In this document: positions 25,425 through 27,305 of the stretch, in pieces
How the letters are laid out: each line of letters begins with the position of its first letter
How positions within the stretch are numbered: position 1 is the first letter of the stretch
Source of the DNA: a virus
Taxonomy: Duplodnaviria > Caudoviricetes
Strand: one strand, 5' to 3'
Length of the DNA: 27,305 nucleotides
IMG/VR virus record: IMGVR_UViG_3300048611_000143
Location: 1-27,305 of that record
Notes under the pieces: generated by a model
What the model was told of the DNA's origin: nothing
What the model saw: only the letters and a program-made list of their open reading frames with translations
Databases searched by the model: none
Program-made: the position numbers and the translations under genes

Positions 25425-26084
25425 TTACAAGCCAGCTTTGGCCATCTGTTGTTTATCACGAAGCTCTTCCAACTCTTTCTTAGTTAGAGGCGGCAGGTCA
25501 GCAATTGCAAACTCCGGTGCTTGGTAACCGACACGATGACTTCCACCACGCCCATCCTTCATCTTTTCTGTGCGATAGAGCGTACATTGACGCTCCTTGA
25601 GCACATCGTAAATGATCTGAGGGATATGGTAGGGCTCACCATTGAATGGAATGTACTTTTTGAAAGTACCGTGTTTGCCAGAACCGACAGAAATAATTTC
25701 TCCTGGCCATTCTCGCTTAGCCGGATTCATACAAGTAATCCGAACACGACGAAGAGCAGCAATATTTTTCACACGATCTTTTTCAGCAATTCTTCGATAT
25801 TCAACTGCTGTCATCGGTTTAACAGGAGGCTCATCACCATTTTTACGACTTGGAGCTTCAGGTTCTACTTTTTCAGAAGCTTCAAGTGCTTGTTCATAAT
25901 CTATGCCTTCATCTGGTGAATGATTATCATCCACATCAGGCATAAGCTTTTTAGCATCTTCAGGATGTGCGGCCAAATGAGCGGCTACCAAGCCAGCAAT
26001 TTTTTCGGCACCTGCACGATGATGATAAGGAATACCCAAAGCATTTGCCTGGGCTTGTACAACTTCAATAGATACAGTAGACAT
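25425..26084 (-). CDS. N4 gp55-like conserved protein, 219 aa
   Basis: RVRITCMNPAKREWPGEIISVG...KKYIPF...LPPLTKKELEEL motifs; AAGGAG Shine-Dalgarno; directly downstream of the capsid gene. Confidence 0.85.
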   Translation of the reverse strand: MSTVSIEVVQAQANALGIPYHHRAGAEKIAGLVAAHLAAHPEDAKKLMPDVDDNHSPDEGIDYEQALEASEKVEPEAPSRKNGDEPPVKPMTAVEYRRIAEKDRVKNIAALRRVRITCMNPAKREWPGEIISVGSGKHGTFKKYIPFNGEPYHIPQIIYDVLKERQCTLYRTEKMKDGRGGSHRVGYQAPEFAIADLPPLTKKELEELRDKQQMAKAGL

Positions 26085-26117
26085 GGTAATACTCCTTTGG
26101 CCTATACAATATTAAGA

Positions 26118-26175
26118 ACAAAAATGGATGGAAACCATCCGGTAAAGTGATCCCCCTCCGCAGAGGGGGAATCAC
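26118..26175 (-). terminator. tandem hairpins / probable intrinsic terminator downstream of the capsid gene
   Basis: TCCCCCTC-CGCA-GAGGGGGA stem (26151-26170, extendable to 26147-26175) and GGATGG-AAA-CCATCC (26126-26140), the latter followed on the minus strand by ATTTTTGTT. Confidence 0.7.
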
Positions 26176-26192
26176 GGTAAAGTCGACAGCCT

Positions 26193-27305
26193 TTACAGGG
26201 TGGCGACGGTCTTCAGCAAAGCAATACGCTCCGGACGAAGGGCCATAAAGCCGTAGTACCACTTGATCGAGTAGAACCCGACCTCGCCGTACGGATCGTT
26301 GCGGTCTGCAACATCCTTACCAGGCTTCTTATGAGTGATAGTAAACTTCACCGTCTTACCATCGGTTTGGAAACCGATTGTAGTAAAGGCACCATCACCA
26401 ACCACCAGGAACGGGTATACATTAACACGGGCATCGCCAGCGTCATCCCGACCCCAATGAGTTACTTCATCAGTAACGTCTCCAACAGCGGCGCCAGCAG
26501 CCTCCCAATGCATCATTTCAGGAACCATGATGATTCGGAAATCGTGCACTGCACCAAACTCACCACGAGCTATCGTACCTGCTTCGCCATACTGGGCAAC
26601 AGACAGAAAAGCACGTTCACCGTGGTAGTCTGTCATACGCATCAATGCTGGCTGCAATTCAGAACCGACATAAGCATACCGAGCAGCATTCACAACACGA
26701 GTGTCGATCATGCGAGAACCGTTAATCACGGTGGTATTCTTCGGAGTTCTGTTGTTGTCCAGCTCAATGCCTAGCTTCACCAGGTCATCGTAGACCAGCA
26801 CATCTTCTGCATCACCAGCAGCAGTAGAGCCTGCTAGAGTAGCAGTTGAGGTTGCAGCACCAGCATAACGAATTACACCAGCGGAGTTCAGCAAGTCGAT
26901 CTGCAGCTGATCCTCGGTGATTTCATTAGCTGCCTTCACAGACTCGGAAGTAATGTGCATCAGCAACTCATCGTCAGTATCGAAGTCCAGAGATTCCTGG
27001 GTGTACTCATCGAAGAAGCCGAACTTCTCAATGGTACCTTCCAACTGGATACGCTTGTGTCCAACTCGATTGACTCGACCACCGAACTCAGAGAGTACAG
27101 GGATCTTTGCAGAGATGGTACCAACGTCCTTGCTAGAACCATAAAGGTTCTGGAAGTTAATGCCGGTAGCATCTGCAGCAGTCAGATCGGTAAAGACCCA
27201 ACCAGCGGTTTCAGCATTGGTCTGCACGTTAGCCCAAGCAACACCAGTGAAACCTGCCCAACGAAGATAAGCTTCTGCCTGACCTTCTGCAATCTCATCG
27301 GCAAT
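26193..27305 (-). CDS. major capsid protein, N4-gp56 family (5'-truncated by the window edge)
   Basis: NLYGSSKDVGTISAKIPVLSEFGGRVNRVG, DNNRTPK..VINGSRMIDT, FTTIGFQTDGK, DPYGEVGFYSIKWYYG. The frame stays open to base 27305, so the true start lies outside the window. Confidence 0.95.
   Translation of the reverse strand: MADEIAEGQAEAYLRWAGFTGVAWANVQTNAETAGWVFTDLTAADATGINFQNLYGSSKDVGTISAKIPVLSEFGGRVNRVGHKRIQLEGTIEKFGFFDEYTQESLDFDTDDELLMHITSESVKAANEITEDQLQIDLLNSAGVIRYAGAATSTATLAGSTAAGDAEDVLVYDDLVKLGIELDNNRTPKNTTVINGSRMIDTRVVNAARYAYVGSELQPALMRMTDYHGERAFLSVAQYGEAGTIARGEFGAVHDFRIIMVPEMMHWEAAGAAVGDVTDEVTHWGRDDAGDARVNVYPFLVVGDGAFTTIGFQTDGKTVKFTITHKKPGKDVADRNDPYGEVGFYSIKWYYGFMALRPERIALLKTVATL

Noticed and set aside
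25521-27172. Antisense or overlapping ORFs over gp55 and the capsid gene, and their higher GC content
   Set aside because: Explained by codon bias of highly expressed structural genes; no evidence of separate genes or horizontal transfer
26193-27227. Capsid protein as a complete 344-aa gene starting at 27227
   Set aside because: The frame is open to the window edge and the conserved gp56 N-terminus is missing, so the GTG is internal

Overview
A 27.3-kb piece of an N4-like podophage genome (Schitoviridae-like). The right three quarters are the minus-strand late block in N4 gene order: major capsid protein (gp56-like, cut off at the window edge), gp55-, gp54-, gp53-, gp52- and gp51-like genes, and a giant virion RNA polymerase (vRNAP, gp50-like). 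The left 6.8 kb are tightly packed plus-strand genes (WGR-domain ATP-dependent DNA ligase, dNMP kinase, zinc-binding and small membrane proteins), interrupted by an inverted three-gene structural cassette. The main observation is that the vRNAP is 4502 aa, about 1000 aa longer than N4's, and looks like an injected multi-enzyme 'polyvalent' protein. It has an N-terminal staphylococcal-nuclease-like domain, a NADAR domain bracketed by an in-frame 13-bp direct repeat, an extra zincin (HExxH) module and an AT-rich unknown segment. Two GC-rich, strongly self-complementary DNA elements lie in the linkers around this cargo. All family assignments come from motif recognition by eye, with no database searches.
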